Shown: positions 26,278 to 35,476 of the stretch, one piece after another
Position numbering within the stretch: position 1 is the first letter of the stretch
Layout of the letters: each line of letters starts with the position of its first letter
NCBI GenBank assembly: GCA_964516295.1
Contig: CAZEYT010000004.1
Span: 3,678 to 67,677, forward strand
Reading direction: 5' to 3'
Length of the DNA: 64,000 nucleotides
DNA from: an uncultured Chthoniobacterales bacterium
GTDB taxonomy: Bacteria > Verrucomicrobiota > Verrucomicrobiia > Chthoniobacterales > Terrimicrobiaceae
Translations under genes and position numbers: made by a program
Notes under the pieces: generated by a model
The model's input: the letters and a program-made list of their open reading frames with translations, nothing else
What the model was told of the DNA's origin: nothing
The model's database searches: none

Positions 26278-28746
26278 TCAGACGCTGGCAGGAGCGGTTT
26301 CCCCCCAGATGCGGGCGAGGGTGGCCTGGATTTTCTTTTCGAAGCGGGTGATCAGTTCGCGGTTGGCGCCCACCAACGCTTGCTCGGCTTCGATCTCGGC
26401 CACGATGGCTTGCTGCGTGGCGAGGGGTGGGAGGGGAATTGGAATGCTCTCGACGATGACTTGATTGATCTTCGGCATACTGCCAGCAGCACCGACGGCG
26501 TTCCTAGTGATGAACTCACGAACCGGGCCGCTTTGGAGAACAGTAAGCAGGTAGTGGCTCTCAATCTTCGATTCGTCAGCGCGGACGCGGATCATCAAGT
26601 CTGGGTAGATGTAGTTTTTGTCGTCGGTATCGAAAATCGCGGCTGTGCCAACGAGTTCTTTCGTGTTCCCTCGTTGAAGGTAGATGTCGCCACGGCGACA
26701 GCGGCAGGGTGAATCAAGCGGGATGTCTTCATCGAGATACTTGAACTTCGAGAGGTCCATCTTGCCTGAAGTGGTCGCGCTCAAAGTCAGCACCTTGAGG
26801 TTTGTCGCCCGGTCAACGGGACTTCCTGAGTAGCCGTTCTTTGGTTTGCTCTCGATGACTGTGCCCAATTCCACCATCGGCCAGTCGGGGTGGATGGGGA
26901 TGTGGGGGCGGTAGTGGTCGAGGACGGCGCGGGCGCCGTTGATGACTTTCTGGTAGCCCTCGATCTCCGCCACGATCTCCTTCTGCACCTCCAGTGGCGG
27001 CAGGGGGATTGGGAGCCCCTTGAACGCGTCCACATCGATATTCTTTTGCGCGTGGCCGCGAGCACACGCGAAAATTCGGTCTTGGCTGTTGAGCAGAATT
27101 TGAACGACGTAGCTTTTTGTTGCCCGGCCGATGTAGGCGTCGGCTATCGAGAAGGTGAATCCCGAATCAAGCAGGTAGAACTTTCCTTGCACCGCTCGCA
27201 CACATTCCGGCGACATCGCGAACCGCGAAATCACAACGTCGTTTTCCCGAGTGAAAGAATCAGTCCGAAAGCTCTCACCACCGCCGCCATAGACGGGAAA
27301 CAGAGTTCCTTCGTCATCCTTTTTCGTGATCCGGGTCCCAAATTCCAGTTTGAGCAATTCGCCCAACGCGACGTTGGGGAAAGTTGTCTCCCGTTCCGTT
27401 CCCTCCCGATACCGCTCGCCACTGAGATTGTAGTCGCCATTGGCGGCGATCTTTTCCTTCGGCACGATGAGGCCGGTGGTGAAGCTCAGCGCATCCGTCG
27501 GCGTTTTGCTGCGCAGGGCTTGGAGATACGCCGAGAGTTCGGCCTGAACCTGGGGGAGGTCGTTCTTCTCGATGGCACGGCGCTGGGCACCGAGGCCGAA
27601 GCCGTCGTTCTCCACTTTGAAGAAGGCGATGGTCGGCGCCTGTTTCGCGAGGCTCTGGTCGAGGAGGAGGATGCTGGTCTTCACCCCAGAGTAGGGATTG
27701 AAGCAACCGGCGGGCAGGGAGATGACGGCGACAAGGCTGGTGTCCACGAGCATCTTGCGCAGCTCGGTGTAGGCGGTCTGGCTCTGGAAGATGATGCCTT
27801 CGGGGACGATGATGCCGGCGCGTCCGCCGGGGGTGAGGTGCTCGGCCATGTAGTCCACGAAGAGGACTTCGCTGCGCTTGGCCTGGATGGAGAAGCGGCG
27901 GTGCGGTTTGATGCCGCCTTTCGGGGACATGAAGGGCGGGTTGGCGAGGATGACGGCGGCGAATTCGTTCCAGCGCTCCTCGGAGGTGAGGGTGTCGTAT
28001 TCGTAGATGTGCGGATCTGTGAAACCGTGGAGGTAGAGGTTCACCAGGGAGAGGCGCACCATGTCGGGGCTGATGTCGTAGCCCTTGAAGTTTTTGGCGA
28101 GGCGGCCTCGGTCATCCGGGGTGAGCCGGCTGTGGCCCTTGGCGTCGGTATTGGTGCGGAGGATGTGCTTGTAAGCGGAGATGAGGAAACCGGCGGTGCC
28201 GCACGCGGGGTCGAGGACGGTCTCGTCCTTCTTCGGGTCTACGATCTGGACGATGAAATCAATGATGTGGCGCGGGGTGCGAAACTGCCCGGCATCGCCC
28301 TGCGAACCAAGGACGCTGAGGAGATACTCGAAGGCATCGCCGAGGCGCTCGCTGTGGTCGTAGGTGAACTCGTCGATGATCTTGAGGAAGGCCTTGAGCG
28401 TCTCGGGGTCGCGGTAAGGGAGGTAGGCGTTCTTGAAGATGTCGCGGAAGAGCGGCGGCAGGCCGGGGTTTTCCGTCATCTTGGTGATGCCCTCGCCGTA
28501 GAGCGCGAGGGTCTCGTGGCCGCCGAGGCCGGAACGCATGAGCTTCGCCCAGCCGTAGCGGGCGAAGTCGCCGGTGAAGAACTTGCGTTTGCCGCCGAGT
28601 TCCTCGGCCTCGGCGTCCATGTCGTCCATGAACTTGTAGATGAGGGCGATGGTGATCTGCTCGACCTGGGATTTGGGATCGGGAACCTTGCCGACGAGGA
28701 TGTCGCGGGCGGTGTCGATGCGGCGTTTGGTATCGGTGTCGAGCAT
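26278..28746 (-). CDS. hsdM: type I restriction-modification methyltransferase fused to a complete two-TRD specificity subunit (HsdM::HsdS)
   Basis: The N-terminal ~470 aa have HsdM motifs: FRTPRHII, DPACGTAGFL, NPPF and the GDYNLSGERY tail. The C-terminal ~350 aa have two target-recognition regions, each followed by the HsdS conserved helices (IPLPPLEVQKEIVAEIE and IPLPPLATQQAIVAEIE). Confidence 0.85.
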   Translation of the reverse strand: MLDTDTKRRIDTARDILVGKVPDPKSQVEQITIALIYKFMDDMDAEAEELGGKRKFFTGDFARYGWAKLMRSGLGGHETLALYGEGITKMTENPGLPPLFRDIFKNAYLPYRDPETLKAFLKIIDEFTYDHSERLGDAFEYLLSVLGSQGDAGQFRTPRHIIDFIVQIVDPKKDETVLDPACGTAGFLISAYKHILRTNTDAKGHSRLTPDDRGRLAKNFKGYDISPDMVRLSLVNLYLHGFTDPHIYEYDTLTSEERWNEFAAVILANPPFMSPKGGIKPHRRFSIQAKRSEVLFVDYMAEHLTPGGRAGIIVPEGIIFQSQTAYTELRKMLVDTSLVAVISLPAGCFNPYSGVKTSILLLDQSLAKQAPTIAFFKVENDGFGLGAQRRAIEKNDLPQVQAELSAYLQALRSKTPTDALSFTTGLIVPKEKIAANGDYNLSGERYREGTERETTFPNVALGELLKLEFGTRITKKDDEGTLFPVYGGGGESFRTDSFTRENDVVISRFAMSPECVRAVQGKFYLLDSGFTFSIADAYIGRATKSYVVQILLNSQDRIFACARGHAQKNIDVDAFKGLPIPLPPLEVQKEIVAEIEGYQKVINGARAVLDHYRPHIPIHPDWPMVELGTVIESKPKNGYSGSPVDRATNLKVLTLSATTSGKMDLSKFKYLDEDIPLDSPCRCRRGDIYLQRGNTKELVGTAAIFDTDDKNYIYPDLMIRVRADESKIESHYLLTVLQSGPVREFITRNAVGAAGSMPKINQVIVESIPIPLPPLATQQAIVAEIEAEQALVGANRELITRFEKKIQATLARIWGETAPASV

Positions 28747-28749
28747 GAG

Positions 28750-29745
28750 TCAGGTCCAGAGGGGGTGGTTGCGCCAGTTCGGAGGGAGGCCCATTTCGGA
28801 GATTGGTATCTCGGAAAATTCGTCGAAGAGGGTAAGGAGCCGAGCTTTCCACTGAGTGGTGGGGCTGATCTTTCCAAGCCAGACGTGACAGACCGTGAGC
28901 ATGAGCCCGATCTTGTCGTTCGAGAAACCCGGGGCGACATGCCATTGGGGGTTTTTGTTTTTCCCGGGGACGGACGGTTTCACGCCGAATACCCGGTTCC
29001 AGATGCGGGCGTGGTGGGCGCAGGAGTTTCGTAGGGTGAAGAACGCCTTGGTCCAGGAGAGCAATTGTTCGTCAGGGAAGCCGAAATCGTCTGCGACCGA
29101 CTTCACAATGGAGCGATCCACCGCATAGATAAATTGGAGAGCGGTTTCACAGGTCATCAACTCGCAGGCCATCCACAGGGGAAGGTGTGAGTGATGGTCG
29201 CCGTAGACCCTATCGAAGTGTTTGACGAAGGTATCGCTGGCTCGGCTTTTTTCGCTTTGAAGCTTGGTCAGCCAATTTTGATAGTCCGTGTGTTCGATCC
29301 CTTTCAGGCGAAAGATTCTTTTTAAGTTCCGCCACAGCCGCTGCCTGAGTGTGCGCTTTTTGAACCGCGGCAAATTTTGGGGGTCGAGATGCCCGAACGG
29401 TCCAAAGGGTTGCCCCGAGGAATTCTGCGCATGCACGAAGTGATAGACAAACCGGGTGCGAACGGCGACCTCGATGCGCTCGATGGCATCCAGGACGATC
29501 ATGCGCAGCTTTCGGTCGAAATTATAGCGCCGCCAGACTGTGTAAAGGGAGGTGCCGGGTGCGAAGGAATTCGTCAGGACACCCGCTGCGTCGGGAATGC
29601 GAAATGGATGGAGATAACCGCTCAGCCGGTAGTAGTTTACAGCTTGTAGACGAGCGATGAGTTCGTCGCGGTTCGCAACGAGTCCTCGATGGATCAGTTG
29701 GTCGGCCTGCTGCTCGACGCTCAAGGCGCTCTTGCCGTAGATCAT
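28750..29745 (-). CDS. Abi_2-family (AbiD/AbiF-like) abortive-infection protein
   Basis: LSVEQQADQLIHRGL...LQAVNYYRLSGYLHPF...YNFDRKLR...IERIEVAVRT is the Abi_2 family pattern. The gene lies between hsdR and hsdM::S, 3 nt from the latter. Confidence 0.8.
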   Translation of the reverse strand: MIYGKSALSVEQQADQLIHRGLVANRDELIARLQAVNYYRLSGYLHPFRIPDAAGVLTNSFAPGTSLYTVWRRYNFDRKLRMIVLDAIERIEVAVRTRFVYHFVHAQNSSGQPFGPFGHLDPQNLPRFKKRTLRQRLWRNLKRIFRLKGIEHTDYQNWLTKLQSEKSRASDTFVKHFDRVYGDHHSHLPLWMACELMTCETALQFIYAVDRSIVKSVADDFGFPDEQLLSWTKAFFTLRNSCAHHARIWNRVFGVKPSVPGKNKNPQWHVAPGFSNDKIGLMLTVCHVWLGKISPTTQWKARLLTLFDEFSEIPISEMGLPPNWRNHPLWT

Positions 29746-29782
29746 GCGGTCCTCTCCTCTGCCGTGACCGTGTCATCGGGGC

Positions 29783-29829
29783 AAAAAAACACCCGCCGAA
29801 TTACGCATGCAAGCAGAGGCGCGGCGGGT
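29783..29829 (-). terminator. terminator-like hairpin with a U-tract between hsdR and the Abi_2 gene
   Basis: On the minus strand, acccgccg (29829-29822) pairs with cggcgggt (29798-29791) around a 23-nt loop. A gttttttt tract (29790-29783) follows. The hairpin starts ~60 nt downstream of the hsdR stop. Confidence 0.4.
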
Positions 29830-29890
29830 TTGATGTTCCTAATAAACCAAAGCGCTTCGGTTTCCGCAAGGTGTTTTTTGAAGGCCTTCA

Positions 29891-32431
29891 TCATGCGGCG
29901 AACTGGTTCAGGGAGACGTAGTCCTTGATGTATTCGGGGATGAGCGTGCGGTATTTGGCCGGGACGGCCTTGTAGTCCTTGGTGGAGAAGACGGGGTTTG
30001 TCGCGAGAGCGGTCAGTTCGCCGGATTCGATGATGTGACGGATCGCATCGCTGGTGGCGTAGGCCTTGAAGTAGGTCTTGATGGCGGGGATCGCCTCGGC
30101 CTCGTCGGGTTTCTGGTCGGCGACGAATTTCGAGAATTCTTCCTCCAGAAGCTCGTCCTTGGATTTGAACCGGGGGATGAGGTCGAAGATTTTTTCCAGA
30201 ATTTCCCGGAGGGTGAGACGACGATCCACGCCGGCGGCCTTCCGCAGCTTGTCGAGCGAGTAGTATTCGGAGGGTTTGTCGAAGACCTCTTTGTTCACGT
30301 AGTCGATCACGCGATCCCACTGGCCGGCCTCGACGCTGGCGGCAATGAAGTCGTTCTCGCGGACGACATCCTCGAACTTCGCGTAGAACTCGCGGTCGAT
30401 CCGCATGCCGTCGTAGCCGATGGTCTCCTCCTTGATGGTGGAGAGGATGTCCTCGCCGAGATGCTCGTAGGCGCCGGTGTAGGGATTGGGTCCGGGGCCC
30501 GGTCCCTCGCCACCGTCACCGCCGGTGCCTTTCGGCTTCGGCAGCTTGAGGACCTCGTCGTAGTTGAACTTCTCCTCGAAGTATTCGCAGTTGGCGAAAA
30601 AGTCGAAAAGCTTGAACGCCGTTTTCTGAGGCGCGGTCACGGTCTCCTTGAGCGCTTCGTCGAAGAGTTCCTCCTGGAAGTCGTGCTTGCGGGTGCCGCG
30701 TCCCTTGATCTGGATGAAGTCGGTGGGTGAGAAGATGGGCCGGAAGAGGCCGAGATTCAGGATGTCCGGGCAGTCGTAGCCGGAGGTCATCATGCCCACG
30801 GTGACGCAGACCCGCGCCTTGCTCGTCTTGTAGGCGGGCAGGAAATTGCCGGAGCCGAGGAGGTTGTTGTTGGTAAAGTTGATCGTGAGCTGCTGCGCGC
30901 CGTCCACCTGCGACGTCACCTGCACGGCGAAGTCGGACTGGTATTTGCCGGGGAACATCCGGTCGGCCATCTCGTTGAAGACCTGGGTGAGCTTGGCGGC
31001 GTGGTTCTGGCTGACGGCGAAGACGATGGACTTCCCGATCTCCCCGCTGATGGGGTCGCGGAGTGCGTTTTCGAGAAAGGTTTTGCAGAAGACCTGGTTG
31101 GTGGCGGGTGAGAAAAACCGCTTCTCGAATTCGCGCTGTTTGTAGGCCTCCTTCTGGTCCTCGCCTTGGTCGTCCTTGAATTCGACAACGAAGCCGTCGT
31201 CGGAGAGCAACTCCGTGGTGATCTCGCTGCGGGCGTCGACCACGGTGGGATTGATGAGGAAACCATCCTTCACGCCGTCGAGGAGGGAGTAGCGGAAGGT
31301 GGGCTGGCCATCGTCGCAGCCGAACGTGCGGTAAGTGTCGAGGAGCACGCGGCGTTCGAACTCCCGTGGGTCCTTCGTGGTCGGCGATGCCTTATCGAAT
31401 TTCTTGAGGTAGTCGCGCGGGGTGGCGGTGAGGCCGAGCTTGTAGCCGATGAAATAGTCGAAGACGGCGCGAGCGTTGCCGCCGATCGAACGATGGGCTT
31501 CGTCGGAGATGACGAGGTCGAAGTCCGTGGGGGAGAAGAGCCGCTGGTATTTATTGTTGAAGAGGAGGGACTGAACAGTGGTGACGACGATCTCCGCCTT
31601 CCGCCAGTCGTCGCGGTTTTCCTTGTAGATGACGCTGCGGTAATCGTTGGCGAGGGTTTTCTTGAAGGCTTTCAGCGCCTGGTCCTCGAGTTCGAGCCGA
31701 TCCACGAGGAACAGGACGCGGGTGGCGTTGCCGGTGCGGAGGAAGAGTTTGATGATGGCCGCCGCGGTGAGCGTCTTGCCGGTGCCGGTGGCCATTTCGA
31801 GGAGGAAGCGGTCGTTGCCCCGCTTCACCGCCTGCTGGATGGCGACGATGGCTTTCTTTTGGTAGGGCCGGAGGAAGCGAAGCCCGTTGACCTCAATGAA
31901 CCGAGGGCGCTCGGGCTCGTTTTTCCATGCGGCTTCCGTGGCGTAGGACGGCCGCTGCGTGAGGACGACGTAGTCGTCGCCGACGGTTTCCTCGATGAGC
32001 CGTTTCGGATCGGGAACGCCTTTCTGGTAGCCGGTGACGGAGCCGGGGGACGGAAAGGCAGTGATGACGTAGGGGTTGCCACGTTCGAGATCCCAGAAGT
32101 AATGCAGGTTGCCGTTCGAGAGGATGACGAACCGGCAGTTCTGGGATCGGGCATATTTTCGCGCCTGTTCTTTTCCGACGAGGGGATTTTTGTCCTCGGA
32201 CTTCGCCTCCAGGATGATGAACGGGAAGCCTTTCTCGTTGAGGAGGAGAAAATCGACGAAACCTTTTCCAGCCTTCTCGAAGTCAGTCCCAAGGGCGTCG
32301 AGGGCCTGAGCAGTGAGTCTTATGCTGGGTTCGAGCTGAACATTCGCCGGGCCATGGGAGTCGGCAAAAAATCGCCAACCGGCTGCTTCGAGCAGCTTGT
32401 TGATTTTGATTCTAGCGGTAGCTTCCCTCAT
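29891..32431 (-). CDS. hsdR: type I restriction endonuclease R subunit (EcoEI-like C-terminus)
   Basis: The N-terminal nuclease region is MREATARIKINKLLEAAGW. The SF2 helicase motifs are MATGTGKT and VISDEAH. The length is 846 aa and the C-terminal region resembles the EcoEI R C-terminal domain. Confidence 0.9.
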   Translation of the reverse strand: MREATARIKINKLLEAAGWRFFADSHGPANVQLEPSIRLTAQALDALGTDFEKAGKGFVDFLLLNEKGFPFIILEAKSEDKNPLVGKEQARKYARSQNCRFVILSNGNLHYFWDLERGNPYVITAFPSPGSVTGYQKGVPDPKRLIEETVGDDYVVLTQRPSYATEAAWKNEPERPRFIEVNGLRFLRPYQKKAIVAIQQAVKRGNDRFLLEMATGTGKTLTAAAIIKLFLRTGNATRVLFLVDRLELEDQALKAFKKTLANDYRSVIYKENRDDWRKAEIVVTTVQSLLFNNKYQRLFSPTDFDLVISDEAHRSIGGNARAVFDYFIGYKLGLTATPRDYLKKFDKASPTTKDPREFERRVLLDTYRTFGCDDGQPTFRYSLLDGVKDGFLINPTVVDARSEITTELLSDDGFVVEFKDDQGEDQKEAYKQREFEKRFFSPATNQVFCKTFLENALRDPISGEIGKSIVFAVSQNHAAKLTQVFNEMADRMFPGKYQSDFAVQVTSQVDGAQQLTINFTNNNLLGSGNFLPAYKTSKARVCVTVGMMTSGYDCPDILNLGLFRPIFSPTDFIQIKGRGTRKHDFQEELFDEALKETVTAPQKTAFKLFDFFANCEYFEEKFNYDEVLKLPKPKGTGGDGGEGPGPGPNPYTGAYEHLGEDILSTIKEETIGYDGMRIDREFYAKFEDVVRENDFIAASVEAGQWDRVIDYVNKEVFDKPSEYYSLDKLRKAAGVDRRLTLREILEKIFDLIPRFKSKDELLEEEFSKFVADQKPDEAEAIPAIKTYFKAYATSDAIRHIIESGELTALATNPVFSTKDYKAVPAKYRTLIPEYIKDYVSLNQFAA

Positions 32432-32827
32432 GTGGCGAGAGTGCCTTCATTGGGAAAGGCACAAAGCGAGAAAGGTGTCAAACGCAGGGCGTTTTGACGA
32501 GAAAAACCCTCAGCCGGAGGGGCGAGCTTTTGGGCAAATTTGCCTAGGCTTCGCCAATCCTTTTCCTCTTGTTGGCCGACTCCTCCTGAGTCGGCATCTT
32601 GATGACAATCGACGTCATGAGGGAGCAGGGATTCTCGCAGATTGTCTCCCGGGTGGAGAGCATCTGGTCCATCAGGATGACGACCGTAACTCCGGCATTG
32701 ATGATCGAAACGAATTGGGTCAGTGCGTAGCTGATGTGATCACGGCTCCGGCGGTCGACAGATTCGATCAGTCTTTAGCCAGCGAGTGTCGGCTATGGTG
32801 AATTGGGTCAGCAATTGTTAAACCGCT

Positions 32828-34351
32828 TCAGCGCCGGCGCGGGTCTGGAAGACGGGCGTATTTTTCCACACGACACTGGAAGCCGGACATGTCCACCGCC
32901 TGGCGGAACTCGCGTCGCAGAAGGCGGTGCGGGGCCTCGATGTGAATGGGATTGGTGAGAATCAGTCGCCCGCCGGGTCGAAGAACCGCGACGGCGGCTT
33001 CGAAAAGTTCGGCGATAAGCCCGCGGAGATTCGGGATCGGAACGCGCATGCCCAGCGGAGGGTTGGTGATGACCAAGTCCACACCACCCCGGGCAAGAAG
33101 CGGGATCCGGCCGAAGTCGCGGAAATCGGCGCAGAAAAAATCGGCTTTCGCCGCGGAGGGATGGGCCGCCTGCCAGTTTCCGCGGGCGATTTCCACCGCC
33201 TGCGGGCTGAGATCCGTGCCGACCACCCCGCGCACACCGCCGCGAAGCGCGGCTTCGATGAGCTCACCGCCCGATCCGCAAAACGGATCCCACACCAGAT
33301 CTCCCGCGCAGCGTCCGGCGAGCCGCACCAGGCACGCGGCGAGCGGCGGATGCGAGGCGGCCGGCACATCGCGGAGACGATACGCAAACCGCGGATCGGG
33401 CGACCAGCGCGGACGGAGCTCGACCTCAGCGCCGCGCACATCGAGCGACCAAAGCGCCGCCCGGGCGTCGTTCAAAATCTCCGGGCAGAGCGCATAGATG
33501 CGATTCGCCAGGTCGCGCACGGCTCCGCGTTGGTGTCCCCGTCCCACAAAATCGATCCGGTAGCGCGGCGTGCCTTCCGTGAGCTGACGAAAAAATTCCA
33601 CCGCCCCCGGGTTGGCCACCACATGCGCGAGGTCATCGGTTGACGCCGTGCGCGCTTTGCCTAGGACCAGGGACACCGTGCCAAAACACCGATGCGAAAG
33701 AACATCGCTCAACGACACATCCCGGCGGGGCGAGATTTCCACACAACCTTCCCCCACCCTGCGCACCTCAAAAATCCCGCGCTCGCGAACTTCCTCCGCG
33801 ACGAACACCTCCAGCCCCGCACGCCCCCGCAGCCGGAGGACCGTCTCACCGCCGCCCGGAATCGTGACATCCAACGCGATGCGTCCCGGCTGCGAACTTC
33901 GCACCACCGCCGCTCGCGCTTTTTGTTCGGTCTGCGGACGAAGCCGCGCTGCGACAGCGAGCGTTTGTTCGCCACCGATTTTTTCGAGCGCCGCTGCCGC
34001 AAAGCGGGCCTCTCGGTCGTTTCCCGCATTGTCCAGAAGCGTGATCAATTCCCGCTCGTCATCCGCCCCCGCCCCCACCTTCGGCAGTGCATTGGCCGCG
34101 TAGCGCCGGATTTTTTCCTGCGGGTCGTTCAGCAATCCCCGCAGCCACGCCCGAACTTCCTCGCCGGACGCGGGCGGACCGGATTCGGAAAAGACCACGC
34201 CCACCGCCCGGACGACCGCCACGCGATCGAGCCGCTCGCGGGCGTCCGCCGCATTGAAACGCCGCACTTCCTCCTGCCACAAAGACTCCCACGAGAGCGT
34301 GCGGAGCCGCCGGTAGAGGTCTTTGTCCATGGCGGCGCGCGGGTTTTTCAT
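32828..34351 (-). CDS. class I SAM-dependent RNA methyltransferase (THUMP/UPF0020-like) with N-terminal HEAT-like repeats
   Basis: The C-terminal motifs are DPFCGSGGELIEAAL and DLVITNPPLG. The N-terminus has HEAT-like repeats (EKIRRYAANALPKVG...REARFAAAALEKIG). The start was placed at the ATG at 34351 (or 34330) to avoid overlap with the divergent rluA-type gene. Confidence 0.75.
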   Translation of the reverse strand: MKNPRAAMDKDLYRRLRTLSWESLWQEEVRRFNAADARERLDRVAVVRAVGVVFSESGPPASGEEVRAWLRGLLNDPQEKIRRYAANALPKVGAGADDERELITLLDNAGNDREARFAAAALEKIGGEQTLAVAARLRPQTEQKARAAVVRSSQPGRIALDVTIPGGGETVLRLRGRAGLEVFVAEEVRERGIFEVRRVGEGCVEISPRRDVSLSDVLSHRCFGTVSLVLGKARTASTDDLAHVVANPGAVEFFRQLTEGTPRYRIDFVGRGHQRGAVRDLANRIYALCPEILNDARAALWSLDVRGAEVELRPRWSPDPRFAYRLRDVPAASHPPLAACLVRLAGRCAGDLVWDPFCGSGGELIEAALRGGVRGVVGTDLSPQAVEIARGNWQAAHPSAAKADFFCADFRDFGRIPLLARGGVDLVITNPPLGMRVPIPNLRGLIAELFEAAVAVLRPGGRLILTNPIHIEAPHRLLRREFRQAVDMSGFQCRVEKYARLPDPRRR

Positions 34352-34472
34352 TTCCAGCCGGGGAAGGGTACGATCACGCCCGGGACTCTCCGCGTCGGAG
34401 GGCCGGGCGTCAATCCGACGCTTTACGCCCGCCGCCGGAATGCGATGCTGGCGGCGTGATTTTTCTCCGCTC

Positions 34473-35384
34473 ATGGCCGATGTAACCAAGCCCCTCCCTG
34501 TGCCCCGCCCCGCCGCGTTGTTGGACTTTCTTTTCGAGGCATGGCCCGGCACGGCGAAAACAAAAATCCGGGGCTGGTTGAAAAGCCAGGCCGTGCTTGT
34601 CAATGGGACGCCAGTCACGCAATTCAATCACCCCCTCCTCCCGGGCGACACCGTGGCGATCCGGACGGTGCGCTTCGCCGCGCCGCGCACGCCGCTCTCG
34701 TCGGGCATCAAAGCGTGGTTCGAAGACCCGCATCTTCTCGTCATCGACAAACCGGCCGGCCTGCTCAGCATCGCCAGCAACGCCGAGGATGAGCGAACGG
34801 CCTATTATCAGCTCAATGAATACCTCCGCGGCAACAAACCCCGCGCCCGCGAGCGCGTGTGGATCGTCCACCGCCTCGACAAGGAGACCTCCGGACTCAT
34901 GATTTTCGCCAAAACGCCGGAGGCCAAAGAAACGCTCCAATCCGGCTGGGACGCCGTTGAAAAACGCTACCAGGCCGTCGTCGAGGGTCGGTTGCCAGCG
35001 CGGGCGGGCACGTTTTCCTGCGATCTGGATGAGCGCAATCCCTTCAAGGTCTTCGTCGCCCGGGCGTCCGATGAAACGCGACACGCCGTCACACACTACC
35101 GCGTGCTCGCCGAGGGCCCCCGACTTTCGCTTGTCGAGCTCCGCCTCGCAACCGGACGCCGCCACCAGATCCGTGTCCAACTCGCCCACGCCGGTTGCCC
35201 GATCATCGGCGACGAAAAATACGACGCTACGACCGACCCCGCCAAACGCCTCGGCCTCCACGCGACCTTTCTCAAATTCCCCCACCCCGTCACCGGCAAA
35301 CCGATGGAGTTCACCTCCCCGCTCCCCCGCCCCCTCGCGCAAATCGCACCGCCGGCCACGAATTCTCCCTCCGATTTTCACTGA
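34473..35384 (+). CDS. RluA-family pseudouridine synthase with an S4-like N-terminus
   Basis: The motifs are HLLVIDKPAGLLS and the catalytic VHRLDKETSGLMIFAK, followed by GRRHQIRVQLAHAGCPIIGD. The start was placed at the ATG at 34473 (MADVTK). Confidence 0.85.
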   Translation: MADVTKPLPVPRPAALLDFLFEAWPGTAKTKIRGWLKSQAVLVNGTPVTQFNHPLLPGDTVAIRTVRFAAPRTPLSSGIKAWFEDPHLLVIDKPAGLLSIASNAEDERTAYYQLNEYLRGNKPRARERVWIVHRLDKETSGLMIFAKTPEAKETLQSGWDAVEKRYQAVVEGRLPARAGTFSCDLDERNPFKVFVARASDETRHAVTHYRVLAEGPRLSLVELRLATGRRHQIRVQLAHAGCPIIGDEKYDATTDPAKRLGLHATFLKFPHPVTGKPMEFTSPLPRPLAQIAPPATNSPSDFH

Positions 35385-35476
35385 GCACTCGGTTCGCTCC
35401 GGCACGCGTTCCATCCGGTAAAGGCTCCACAAAAAACCAGTTGCATAGCATAACCGGGATTGGCTAAATCCGCAGC

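Noticed and set aside
32397-32801. The plus-strand 134-aa ORF in the hsdR upstream region.
   Set aside because: It has no recognisable motifs and an odd composition, and it overlaps the hsdR start region. The minus-strand remnant is noted separately as a low-interest finding.
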